DNA from: Eutreptiella sp. 'Long Island Sound 2002'
Lineage: Eukaryota; Protista; Euglenida
DNA length: 64,000 nt
Assembly (NCBI GenBank): GCA_964036045.1
Contig: OZ038378.1
Coordinates: 181,102,001-181,166,000, forward strand
Reading direction: 5' to 3'
The translations under genes and the position numbers were made by a program. Positions 1 to 12,414 of this stretch are shown here, one piece after another. The notes beneath the pieces are model-generated. The model searched no databases, had not been told where the DNA came from, and saw only the letters and a list, made by a program, of their open reading frames with translations. Position 1 is the first letter of the stretch, and each line of letters opens with the position of its first letter.

Positions 1-1730
1 CCTCCAGCCCTCAGTAAAGCGGCCCAATGTCGTTGCCAGTGCCCGCGTTGGGACTGGCCTTCGCCATAGCCCTGCGCGGCCCAACAAGACGTTGAATGTC
101 AACACCAGTGCCACTGCGATTGTTGTTGCTGTGCAGTCAGCCGACGCTACCAAAGAGGCTGCCACACACTCATACATCGCTGCCACAGAGGATCCGCTGC
201 GGTCTGTCGCTGCGAAGGCGCCTGCACAGCCACTTGACCCCCCGGCAAGCGCCACTTCAAAGCAGAATAGCGATACACCAAGTTCCAACACGGATGTTGC
301 TGCGTCGTCTTACGCACAGTGCCCCTGGTCGAAGCCGGCGAATTTCAAGTATCCTGCAGACTCCACGTCGCGCAGGTACGCGGGATCTTCGCTTGTGGAT
401 GCCTTTTGTCGTGCAAGGGGGACATGCAAGGCACCAAGCCTCCTTTTCACAGTGTGCAGCAATGCTCAGCATCTCAATTCTACTGCCTTGGGCCTTGGGC
501 CCGCTCTACTCGTGTTGCGTAGATACATCGTTAGATAGATTAGAACTAGACGTCACTGTGTTCCCTCTCAATTTTGTTCGTGCTTCCAGTGCAGTAATGA
601 ACGTCCAGTGGACCACAAGCAGCCACTACTTTCATGTGTTTTGGCCAATGCACCCTATTTTCAAGCCCTTCTGGGGGCGTATTTTGTGCTGTGCGCACGC
701 TGTGCACAAAGTTTGTACCGGAACATACCTAAACTCGATAATGCTGCCTAGTACCCCTACCTGTGACCCTTTTGCTGCATTTATATGAGTTGCTACACCA
801 AGAGCTGCTGGTAGGATACTATTACGATTGAAGGACCCTATTGAAGGACCCCATTGACTTACAAAATCAGGATGTTACAAAGGGACCGCAACACCATAAC
901 CCCCCCCCCCCCGAAAATGGCAGTAATCCACAAGAGCATAAGGCTCAGCCATTAAACTGACAGTGGTACAACCACAAGCTCCATTGTCAAGTCAGGACAG
1001 ATAGGTCTGGCTAGCAGACAAATGGGGTGGCCCCCTCCAAGGCGCCTTCACTCAAGTTTGTGGGGGCTGCAAGCATTCCCCACACCCAGAGCACAGCATG
1101 GCGGTGAGCTACCGTGCATACTGGAGAACGAGAGGAAAGAGGTGGGGGAAACAGCCAACTAGCCATGTGTTGGTAAAGATCCACAAAAGGGCGATATGCT
1201 GCCGTTGCCACAGTGCACTGTTGCCGCAAATGCGCTTGTGAACGCACTCTGAGGAGTACTGCAGGGTAAAGAGAGACACTCTGTGCGTAAACAAAGCGGA
1301 GAGAAGGAACTTGGCTGCATAAGTTATTCTCATAAGTTACAAACACAACATTCCAGGCCCCGATTGGCTCAAGTGGTTTCAAATGGTGTTGAAAGGGGAC
1401 GTTCGTGCACAGCGCGTGCACAGCGTGCACACAGCGCGCAGTTTCTGGGGCAAAATTGGAGAATTTCAGAATAATTAGCAATATTCTTGCCTATTCAGAC
1501 AATACTACCCCCACACAATGTTACACAACCCCATGTTTCAACTCCCCACATCCAAGCCACCCAAGCCCCTAAGTTGCACCTTGACACCACCTCACAACAC
1601 ATTTTGTATGACGGCCTCTTGAGATGGGTCGCTTTTGTCAATTGTGGTGTTTGGTGCAGCAGGTGCAAACGAAGAAGGATCTCTAACAATTTCATCTTCG
1701 CACTTGATACTAGCAACTATAGCAACCATA

Positions 1731-1754
1731 CTCCTTCTCCTCCTCCTCCTCCTC

Positions 1755-1810
<56 letters not shown>
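1731..1810. repeat. Compound trinucleotide microsatellite (CCT)n-(GCT)n
   Basis: Directly visible. It explains the poly-P/poly-A and poly-L ORFs at 1487 and 1635. Confidence 0.95.
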
Positions 1811-2940
1811 ATTACTACTAGATACTACTACCAGATACTAGCAACACTGGCAACTCGTGTGCATGTGCATAAATGTTATCATCCTCCTCATATTGTTGGT
1901 CGTCATCAAGGTCATGCACAAAATGGACATCACGAGATTTCCATCGATGTGGGCATGAGGGTCTGAGAGATGGCGCAGCAGTGGAGACCCTGGAATCACG
2001 TATCCCAAATGCATCACCATATTATCAAACCGGGGTACCCTTTTTCAGTGGCATGCACAACAAAGCAGTAAAAACTGTGCTAGAAATGAAGGGGAAACAT
2101 ACATCGCAACCAAGACCCGCATTTCTGGGGGGTACACGGGGGTTGGGGAGGGGGTGGCAGACAAAATGCTGGGTCGCTCATGGCCGCTAGGCGTTACCGC
2201 ACGGCCGAATCCGAGCCAACAATTTTTCTGTATGTGGATCCCCTGCACAGGCAGGGCTGTGGGCCATGTCTCCCAAAATCTCAGATTGCTCCATCCATTC
2301 CTTAAATTATCCGGGTTGCTTGACTTGATGGGAGCAGTGGAGAATGCCCGGCTATCTGCCTACGTACCTCCCGATTGCACACGGGAGAAACACACGCAAC
2401 CACCACTTCTTGACTCCTGGCCGTGCATTAAGGCACGAAGAAGGGGTAAGACGGTAGCATTCCCAGTAGTCCCCTGTCCCGCTCTCCGCTTCTCAGGTGC
2501 AAAAACAGAAATGAAACAAAAAGAGGACCAGCTCATGTCAGTTCATGTGTTCCAGAAGCTCCAGCTGGAAATCTCTGTTGAACAGTGTCAGTCTTTGCGA
2601 GGCTCCGTCTACACAGACAGCATATGTTTCAGTGATGTCTCCGCTCTATGGGGGAGCGTTAGCGCGCCGGGCGCGTGCCGGGCATGTTTTTTGACCCGTG
2701 CCCCACCGGTGACCTTTTATGGGGTGCACTAAGCGCAGTGCGCGCGCAGTGCAACTATTTGCACGTCTAGCCCTCCTAGAACCCCATACTTTGTCATACT
2801 ATGGGCATTATTGTTGTTTGACAACGGGTATTTTGATGCTTCTTTCACATTCGGGATATGGAATATTTGGATTCTCACCCAGTTTCACCAATTTTCTTCC
2901 ATTTTTTGCTCGTTTCCACCACATCCACTCCTTACTAGGT

Positions 2941-3041
2941 TGATTTCTCCCCACCATGGGGACCCCAAGAAAGCAGGGGTAATGTAGCCATATTGATTTC
3001 TCCCCACCATGGGGACCCCGAGAAGGCAGGGGTGATGTAGC
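2941..3041. repeat. Two ~53-bp tandem units of the GGGGACCCCGAGAAGGCAGGGGT minisatellite family
   Basis: tgatttctccccaccatggggaccccRagaaRgcaggggt occurs twice. The same core recurs at 47897-48127 and ~50720-50805. Confidence 0.85.
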
Positions 3042-4849
3042 GAATACTGAGTTTGCGCTTCGCTCTTGTGACGTGAGGCAGAAACGCCGTCCAAACCGCT
3101 TGCGGCTTGGGGACTCATTACCATAGCAAAATCTATGGGAAAGGTAAAGGCAAAGTACCGTTTGTTTAGTACAATACAAATGACATTTGGAGTTGTTGAA
3201 TTCACAGCGATTGTCTAATTATGCAACGTGCTTTGTAGGGATGGTGCGCAGTCCATCATGGTCTATTTGGGGGGCCTTCTCCATCAGAGGGTAACTCTCG
3301 GGCTGAAGTCGGGATAGTTAATGTGCGTGCCGGGCAAACATTCCCCCTATACATACCAAAAGGGCCCCTGGTCAGCTGAAACATTCCGTCACTTCTTGCG
3401 GTGACGCACGCTTGCAATGGAATTTTCATGCTGCATTCTGTTTATCAACGAAAGGTCGCTGTGGGGGCGTGCAGTGTATTAACCTGACATCAGTTTGAAG
3501 ATTGAGCCGAATCAAAATCAGGAACGCAGGTTTTGTTTTGGGTACTTGTAGCACATTTTGCCCTGTGATTTTTAGCAGTGCACCCTGTCCCTGGGTCAAA
3601 GAACAGTGCAAGGTCCATTGAGTAACCCATGCCCTTGTCTCAGCAGTGCTAGGGGCTGGTCCCGCTGTTGGGACTCGTGCCACTGCTTGGACACTGGCAG
3701 TGAGGCAAGCTAAGTAACAACAGCCAAGCGTGATGTCGCTGCTGTTGTCCTTAGGCCCAAGCGTCTCTTGACTCTGCTGCAGCACGTTGACGACGTGTGG
3801 AGGGGGCAGTGGGGCTATGCCTATGCCCTGGCAGACGGTTCGTTTTTGGGCGCCTGGAGGAATGGCGGGTATGCATGCCCCACGATCTGTGCTTTGCCAG
3901 CGTTGCATCCTGCGTTGCACCAAGACGCTCCCTAATCAGCCAGTGCCCTGAAGAAGCGCCCCTTATGGACCAGGTTCACCAGGTATCCTCAGGACTATGG
4001 CATGGCATACATTAGTCACACAATCCCAGATACAGTGAAGGACTGTGAAGGCTTGGGGCCGACACTAAATTTTTCGTGGGACCCTTCGGACTACCATCGG
4101 TACTGGCCAGGCATTCTGTCCTCCAGGTCCCCTAGACAACATCCCTTGGCCTGCACACCTGACCCAAGGCACGGCACATGGCCATCCCTACAGGTACTGG
4201 CCGAGGGAACCGTGCGCGTGCTGAGCCCAGTGGTCTGCAACTGGGGGAACCCCTGTTTTTAGGGAATAATTTGTCCGAATTATCTGTCCCACAGCAATCT
4301 CCTCATTGCAGAGGCAGTGATCAGCACAATGGTTTATGACAAGGTGATAAAACATTATTGCGGATGCAAACCCAGCTCTAGGACTGTTTAGCGTCGTGAG
4401 GGCTGGATGCCTCACTTTTCTTGGGGGGTGCCCTGCATTGCGCAGTGCATAGCGTGGGCAGACATACGAGCACATTAAGTTGGTGTCCTCTTCTAAACCA
4501 TTGCTGTTGTGGCTCAGCAGTCGTGTTGTAGCCGTCATGATGTCGCAGTCGTCGCAAGGTCGTTGTGATAGAGCATTAATGGCACTGCATACAGCCACTC
4601 TCATTGCGAGCCCCAAGGTTTGGGGTGGTGCTGGGATGGGCGCGTGCGCTCTCTCGCTGAGCTGTGTGTGGCTCTGGGTGGCTCTGGGTGGCACCACCAG
4701 GAATCTGTCACGAGGTTGCCGAGAAGTTCTTGCTCCGGCTGCTGCAGAAGTCGCACTGTCTGTGTTTTGTGTATGTGGGTGCCCTGGGCAGCCCTGGGCA
4801 GCAGCAATTCGCAGGAACGCTGTGCATGCTTCGCCGCAATAACATAATG

Positions 4850-5280
4850 CTGTGCACATCCCATACGACGCCGAGCATGTTCACCACCGCATGCTGTGCA
4901 CAACCGGCTGCCACAACACAACTGTGCGTAGGTTCATTCCGGACGACACAGACGTTGACATCTTCTTATTTCTCAAGCCCGGGCAGACACGTGCCAGCTG
5001 GCGGGAGGAGGTTGCTCCTCAACTGCCTGCGCAGTACAAAATCAGGTGCTATGCCCTGGCGGGTGGTGTGTTTTCGTAGTCGGAAGGAACGGACCACTGT
5101 CCCAACGAGAGTGGCTGGAAGGACTGGGCGCCAGCAATACTTAGCTTGCCGCCGGAGATTTGCACAAAGGAGGGTCAGCGCAACCGAGGCCTCCGAGGCT
5201 TGTGTTGCCATCGCTGACTCTTGGGGAGCCGGCAGTTACCGTCGGTTACACCTGCGGTTGCCGGGGAAGACAGAGTAAGG
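4850..5280 (+). pseudogene. Decayed Ty3/gypsy-like pol fragment (RT thumb/connection to RNase H)
   Basis: Frame 4852-5079 has VRRFIP...KPGQTRASWREE, resembling YYRRFIP...LK...W..E. An overlapping frame has YLACRRRFAQRRVSATEASEACVAIADSW, resembling AYASR.L..AQ..YS.TE.E..A. Stops and frameshifts are present. Confidence 0.6.
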
Positions 5281-8200
5281 CAGAGCACGGCTCGGTGCGT
5301 GTGGGCGTGATCCTTTGCCCTTCCAGTGCAACCCTGGGGTTGGGGGTTCGGGTCCCTGTGTGGGTGCAGCCGTGGCACAGTCATTGCTGCGGGGTCAGTA
5401 GGTCAGGACTGCAAAGGACGTGCGGAATGGATTGTAGGCCCGCCGCCCGCGCCGCGCCAAGGCGGCCTCATGACCTCATGCCCAACCTAATCAGAGGGGC
5501 AGGGGGTCCAGGAAAGGGGCCGTCCCGTGTGCTGAGGGGTCTTCCTTCGGTATCACAGGAGCACGCGGCCTCGTCCTGTGGTGTGCAGCTTTAACCGCAA
5601 CCGCATGGGCCCGCATTAGGCTTCGATCACAAGTGGCATTGCGCGTCAGCGCTGCGTGTCGCGCACGTCCTCCAGCAACACCCGGTCGGACCTGAGTCCA
5701 CCGAGCTGCAACACTGTACCCTTTCCACACAGGGATGCCTCTGGTATCCGGCGCCTCGGGGACAAATTCCATCATCACTATTCCCCGACAAGAGGGCATC
5801 TGCAGCTGCTGGACACTGCGCTGAACGTCACCATTGATATCAATGTTTATGAGCCAGAGAAGTTGCACGACACCCAATTTGGGCCCCTGTGCAGGTTTGG
5901 TAGCCCGCTGTCGCGAGGTGTCATGACCATGTTTGCAGGCTTGAGTGGCAACTCATGCTTTTTGGTGACGAACAGACCACCCACGCACATTTTGTTTTAT
6001 GTCTTCATCTTTTTTTTGTTGAACGGACATCCCTACAGGACGTGGCCATCCCGTTGCCGTCTGTGTCTTTTCAACCGCCGGCCGTTACCGTTCCGTTTGC
6101 CATTGGCTGGTGTCCGACCATCTCAAGTGTCACCGGGATTTGGTGCCCTCCACTCCGGGTCTCTTACGCTGTAACCGCCATCAGTCAGCCCAACCGTCAT
6201 TTCTTGGCTTTCAACTTCCGCGGTACTGAATGTTGCCGGGCTTGGTGCAACAGAGGCCGGCAGTATTTGCTGGTTTAGTGCCGCCAAGGATCAACCCGGT
6301 GGTCGCGCAGACTGGATCATGGACTACGAAGGACAGACACACCGCGGCCCCAACGAGACAGGGCACCCCAGTTTCAGCGATTGCGTGTGGGGCATCGGTG
6401 TACAGGCTGCACGCAGGGCAAGTGGAGGTGCACAGGAGGGGCTAGTGGTCGCAAGCACACAAATTGTGTCACGAGCAGGTACTCTGTGCAGGCATGAGAC
6501 GCCTGTTCTTTCCCATTACTGGTTCACAATAGTATAACAGTGGAGGGCATTGCAGGGTGTCGGAATGGCTTAGTGAATCTCGTGCCTGGGCACCCATTGC
6601 GTGCCCAAGCACGAGTGCAATGGGGTCGGACGCTCCACCTGATGCTGTGCCCTGAGTGGTTTTTTTGTGGGAGTCCGACAAGCGCTCGTGTGACACCATG
6701 TGGGCGGATGTTTTTTTTCATTCAGTGTCTTACAAATGGGCCAACAACCCATACGCATTCAAAGCACAAAATTTTTTCCCTGCTACAGCGGCCCCTGTAC
6801 TGCAGGGCCTCATACTGCAGAGGCTATGTTGCCGGTGATACACACAATGTGTTGTTTTTTATCGGTGCAACAGGGACCAAATGTATGATGGCAGTCCTTT
6901 CAGTACTACCCGCCGTCTCCTTTTATGCATCGGGGGCATCGCAGTGGCATGTGACGCAGCATCAGTCCTGTTTTTGATGAGGAGGGGCTGATTGTTGCCA
7001 GAGAGGAGTATGCACATGCACGCTTCAAACGCCCGAAAGAGCACACGTTTCCGCATTTGGTCCCTGTCTACCGCCAGTACGTAGCTCGAGGTGCATTTGC
7101 CACCCGTAGAGCTGATGATCCCCCGGCACAATGTAAAGTGCCCTCAACCCCCGCCCGCCCCTGTTTGAATGACCCTTGGCATGCACTCCTGGCACTCAGC
7201 ATGCTCTGTGTGCCTCTTTGTCGCTTGAAGCGTATGGCTTGGCCTGTGCATGCCCGTTTTGATTGCAGGTGCCTGTTCAAGCCGTTGGTGGTCAACTGCT
7301 TGACCAAAGCTGAGGCTTTTTTGCAGTTGGCATACGGTGTATCTTTTCGTAAGCCTCACATGAAGCACACGGAGCACGTCTGGATTCTGTGATTGTCGCA
7401 CGCCACGGCTGCGCTTGAATTGGCAAACCGCTTGGTGGCAAAGCACGTGCATCCCTTGACAGCAGATCCCGGGCGTACGGCGGCAGCAGCCCCCGCACAT
7501 GGGTACCAGAATGCGGTCTGAGCGGTCCTGTGGATGCCCCGCTTTGTGTTTGGACACCTCTTTGTTTGTACTAGAAGCCCCAAAGGACTGTGCGATTGCA
7601 GTGGTCCCTGCGTTGTACACGACAGGAACGTGGGAGGACGCTGTTTCATGCCAGAAAATCCAGAAAAAAACAAACAGCGAGTCAAACGTGTGGTTCCAGA
7701 TTGATGAGCGGTGTTGTTTTGCACGCAGGGGAGGGCCGAGGGGCACCATCACCACCAGAACCTGATCCGTTGCCAGCCGTAGGTCCGGGCCTTGTACCCT
7801 CACGGGGGTTGAGACAGTTATTGTTGCTGTTGGGCCAGTTTCGGGACCCGGGCCCCCGAAACGGTCTTCTCCGTGATACATGGCTCAGCACGATCAGTGC
7901 GACAAGGCGATCTTGTTGATTGAATGTGCCCCCCCCCCCTGCCCCCCTCCCTGGGATTATCAACAGATCGTTAGGGCGGGGGGGGGTCCTGAGTGCCTAT
8001 TTTTTTTTCGTGGAAGGCGCCGTGGCCATGGCCCCGACGAAGCACACCCTTTGTGTTTTGGGGCTTGACGGTCTCTTGTGCCTCCGTGGTACAGGGCTTG
8101 GCACTTGCATCTGCATCCACAGCAGGCGTCGGTTGCAGCGAAACCGGGCCCGGCGGCCCGCATTTGTGGCAGAAGATCCCTCCCGCCCCTGGACCTGTTG

Positions 8201-8877
8201 TGGGGTCGTCGGCGTTCAATCCAGGGCGGCTTTGGGTACTCCTGGAGGTGTGTGTGGGTGTGCCTGTGCGCACATTCGTGTGTGTGTGTGTGTGTGTGTG
8301 TGTCCGCGCGCGCGTGTGCTTGTGCATGTGCACGCCTGCGAAGCTGGCACCCATCAAAAGAGATCAGGCAGAGGGATCCCATCAGCCGCTCTCGGGGCTG
8401 AGGATCGGTTCAGCTTCAGGGCCCAAGCCCCGTCTGCGTTCCGATGGGTGCGACATCTCAGCCGACGATTTCAGGTAACAGCGCGTTGAGCCCTGTCTTG
8501 ATCGCTTCAAATTTGGCTGTCGCACCTCTGCACCCCGCCCGAGTCGTGTGTGTGTGTGCATGCGTGCGTGTGCGCGCTCGCGCTCAGGCGCATGGCGTGT
8601 GCAAGTATGTCTGTGTGTGCGCGCACGTGCACACACACACACACGCACGCACATAAACGTGGGTATTCTCACACACAAACACAAATCGCATCATTTTCAT
8701 TGACCTCAGCCCTCTTCACAATTTTCTTGGACGACACGCACACGCACGTACGCACATGAACGCACGCACATTCACACACAAACGCACGCGCACGCCTGCG
8801 GGCACACACACAGAATAGCGTAAGTACTGAACACGTTGCCAAAGGATACCTCAGGATCTCTTTAATGGGATTGGTTC

Positions 8878-9255
8878 CCAATCGAAGCGTTTTCTCCTGA
8901 CGCATTTCTTGTTTGAGGGATTGTACCCGACCTCCTTTCGGACTCATCATTTGCCCCTTGCAGTGTCTCGGGGATGGTGCCCTTGAAAATACAGTGTTCT
9001 TTGTTCGTTCGTCGCTGGTGCGCAATGCACAAGAGTGATTCCAGGCCCTCAAACGACTGTTGTGAAGTAACCCAGAGCCTATGCCCATCAAAGGCACGCA
9101 GCTTGGTTCCCAGTCCCAATCCATAGCTGTCCTTTCATAACCCTCCAAAGCGACAACCATCAATGACAGCAACAACCCTCCAACCAGTAATGTCGCCATC
9201 CACAGCCGTCCTTCAACACCACACTCTCAACAACCTCAACAACCCTCAGGGACCC
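8878..9255 (-). repeat. ~378-bp dispersed repeat, copy A (inverted relative to 15675-16052)
   Basis: Reverse complement of 15675-16052. The ORF track shows near-identical translations (MDWDWEPSCVPLMGIGS...) at 8669(-) and 15806(+). Confidence 0.9.
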
Positions 9256-11046
9256 TGAAGGACCCTAAACGACCCTCAACAGCCCCCAGCTCATTTTCAC
9301 CATCTTCAATGACCATCAGGCTGTCCAACCAAATTTGATCTATTGTACCCTCAAAGGTAGAGGGATGGTGCCAGCACATTTCCAATCTGCAGCGTCGCAT
9401 GCTCAAAGCCTGTCACGTGGTTCTGAAACATGTTTCGTGTCATCTGTGAAACCCACAATGTTTCTCACTGCAATTTTCCATTGTCAGATGGTGAATGAGA
9501 ATGCGAGTGCGTTATTTATTATGGCGAGCAAATCTTGTTGAATAACCTCCTATGGCAAGCCTACTTTACTATTGTGCCACGTCCACAACCACATCGCCTC
9601 TCACATCGGAATTCACGGCAATGACAGGGCTGCCCATCTGGTGGACGTCAGTCAGAGGAGCTTCCCCCTGCTCTTTAGCAGAATACCCATGTTTCCTGGC
9701 CCGCGGGATGACGAAGAGGACCACGAAGTGTCGGAGGGCGAGTTGTCGGCGTGAGGCTGTGAGGGAGCCCCCCCCCCCCCCCCACGCGCCCAAAGCGCAG
9801 TCAACCCAAACATGGGACACCGAATGCACGACACGACCCGAACCCCGGACTCAAGCGGCACAGTGACCAAGGCGATAAAGCCCTGAACCCAAAGCCCTGA
9901 CCCCAGCCAGGGAGGCAGGGACGGGAACCTTTGGACAATGCAGCAGGCCACCGGCCACAAGCCCGCACTGAGCACTGAATACGCAAGGAAGGCCGTGGGG
10001 CGGTTCCACACCTGACCAATTGCGGCCCCCCACACGCGCCAGAAGAGATGCCCCCCACCTCAACCGCCTGGCACACCGCAAGTGATGCCATCCATCCAGG
10101 GACAATAACGCGAGAGGCCCAGGCCCTGTTGCGTCTCCGCCGTGCAGGTTGAGGTGTGTACGCTGGTGATGCAAAAGCAAAGTCGCAAGATCAGTCACCC
10201 ACGCCGTTCAGCTTCAGGCCGCCACAGAACTCCCAGCCCATGCCACAAACAGTGGGGCTGCTGGACACACCGAGAGTGGTAGGACCAAGTAGGTGCACGT
10301 TTCGAACACTGGAATCACCCTCCCCACTCACACCACAGGCACTGCTGAGCTTGCTGGATTCATGGAATTTGATGGAGATAAGGCGCGTGCATGGGGAGGG
10401 GGGGGCAGCAGAATGTCATCGCCGTGTGGCCCGGTCGAGGGGTGCTGGAGTACATGGATGAAGACCCCTTGCCGAGACCGCATCACCAATGTCGTGCAGC
10501 ACAGTGTGCTCGACGTGCCTCACCCGCGGAACGTTGAATGTTGTGACCCCTAACCAAGGTCCTATACCCAGTGGAGTTTTCAACCTAAGGCCCCCAAAGT
10601 GCCCTGAGCAGTGCGGGCCGGGTGGGGCAAGCAATCAGGACCAGCCCAGGGCTGACCACTGACCGGTATGCACGCCTGACCTGGTAGAGTCCCCACACCG
10701 GAAGCCCAAACCAATCAGTAGGCAACAACAGAGACAAGGGACAGGGTATGAACATCAAACGCCAACTGCATTCATTGACTGCGCTGATGATCGGCGGACT
10801 GAAGGCTGAATGAGTGAACAGTGGGTGGTGAAGGCCACGGGGAGCAAGCGCTGTTGGAGCCTAATGCAGACATTGCAACCTGGCTTTATTTCAGCCACCT
10901 AACACCCAATTTTTCTTCGGGGGGGGGGTGTCAAAAAATGTCTAACAGCAGACCTCCCCGCCCCTTCAAACATCCTCCCCCCGCCCCTTCAAACATCCCC
11001 CCCGGTCGAACATCATGAATATCTTTTTTTGAGCCGACAAAGTGGT

Positions 11047-12414
11047 CTTGGGGAATGCCATGCACGCAGCGTGCACGCAGTGCGAAGGTTTGGATGTCGG
11101 CAAATACTCGAACCCTAGTTTCGGCCCCTTTTCACAAGTTTTTGGTTCCGTGCCAGGGTTTTTTTTTTAGCTTCCTAAGCATTTAGGATGTGGCATATTT
11201 GAATTGTCAACCATTTTTGCCCATTTTCAACCATTTCCCGCTATTTCCTCCCCTGCATGGGCGTTAGCGCAAGGGGTGCGCGCCGGGCATCTTTGAGGGA
11301 GCGATATTTTGGGCCTTCAACCTTCCGGTGCTATTGAGGAAACTCGGCCAATTATCCAATCCACGCTTTGTTGCGTGGCCCCTTGAGTTGGGGTTAGGGA
11401 CTCACAATCCACGCTTCGGTGTGGCCCCTTGAGTTGGGGTTAGGGACTCGCAATCCAGGCTTCGGTGTGGCCCCTTGAGTTGGGGTTAGGGACTCACAAT
11501 CCACGCTTCGGTGGGAGGAGAGACGTTCACAGGACAACCATAATCCCCACTTCCCCTATTTCGTAACACATTTTACCGACAACATGCCCATATGCTCGGT
11601 GGGTGGAGATTTGTCGGATGTCCTTTTTAATCCCAAGTACGCAAGCCATGTTTATAAGATAACCGTGGCTGTGGACAATCTCGGGAATATAGTATAAATA
11701 TGTGACCTTATGCCGGGAACCTCCGCCGATGTTATGATTTGGGATCAACGTGGTCCTTCGCGAACACATGGGTAGTTTTTCAACTTTGAAATCGGTGCGC
11801 ATGACGGCCGCTTGCACACCGCCGTACCTTATATTGTTTGGAAAGCTTTGACCAACGACCAACAAGAGTATAATGATGTAATGCTTCTATCGTGCAAGGG
11901 TGGAGCACCTCTTTGCACCGTTGTGGCAATGGAGGATTGTCCGCAATGTCTGGACACGCTCTGCAACGGAGCTGCACGGCCATGTGCGTATTTTGCTCCA
12001 CCTTACTCAGTTTTGCATTCGTAGACAGACTGGGTATCAACCCTATGGACCTTGGCCTCATGTGCCACAGTCTGTATGGGCACAAGAGGAGGCAACCATT
12101 GTAGAGGAGGAAAATGATGACGGTGTTTGTTGCCAATTGTGTGGCCATCGTCCTGGTGATATATCGGAGTGTGGCACTTGCCACTTGAACATGTGTGCAT
12201 CTTGCATGCCCTTGCATAGTTGTACTCTACAAGGCTGAGTGGCTTGTTCATAACGACATTGATTACCAAGTTGAAGGCAGTTTCGTTGTTCTCATGTGGG
12301 CTTTGCTGCTTCGCCGTGCTACTAAATAGGTGACAAGTATTCTTGAGTGAGTATCCCAACCTCTAGGTGCGCAGTATGCACGCAGTGCGCACGCAGTGCA
12401 AGAACTTGGCCTTG
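11047..12414 (+). mobile_element. Repeat element copy 1 (both end blocks shared with 32530-33199)
   Basis: 11047-11234 matches 32530-32715 and 12214-12414 matches 32975-33199 at high identity by eye, while the interiors differ. This interior ends in a Cys-rich frame CQLC-x8-CGTCHLNMCASCMPLHSC. Confidence 0.6.
11357..11513. repeat. 46-bp minisatellite x~3.4 containing TTAGGG
   Basis: Unit caatccacgcttcggtgtggccccttgagttggggttagggactca, read directly. Confidence 0.9.

Noticed and set aside
2-538. Open Ala/Ser/Pro-rich frame from the window start
   Set aside because: No recognisable domain or splice support. It could be an exon or a TE ORF but is unsupported.
4080-4120. WDPSDYHRYW, similar to the PSD motif P.DYHR.H
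   Set aside because: An isolated short match with no other PSD motifs around it; treated as chance.
7100-7450. BED-finger-like pieces (VCQLQKSLSFG / TTNGLNRHLQSK) on the minus strand
   Set aside because: Needs a frameshift, and no hAT core could be traced downstream.
7960-8760. ORFs rich in CV/HT repeats (also at 23424-23957, 36123-36979 and 46931-47567)
   Set aside because: Translations of microsatellites and simple repeats.
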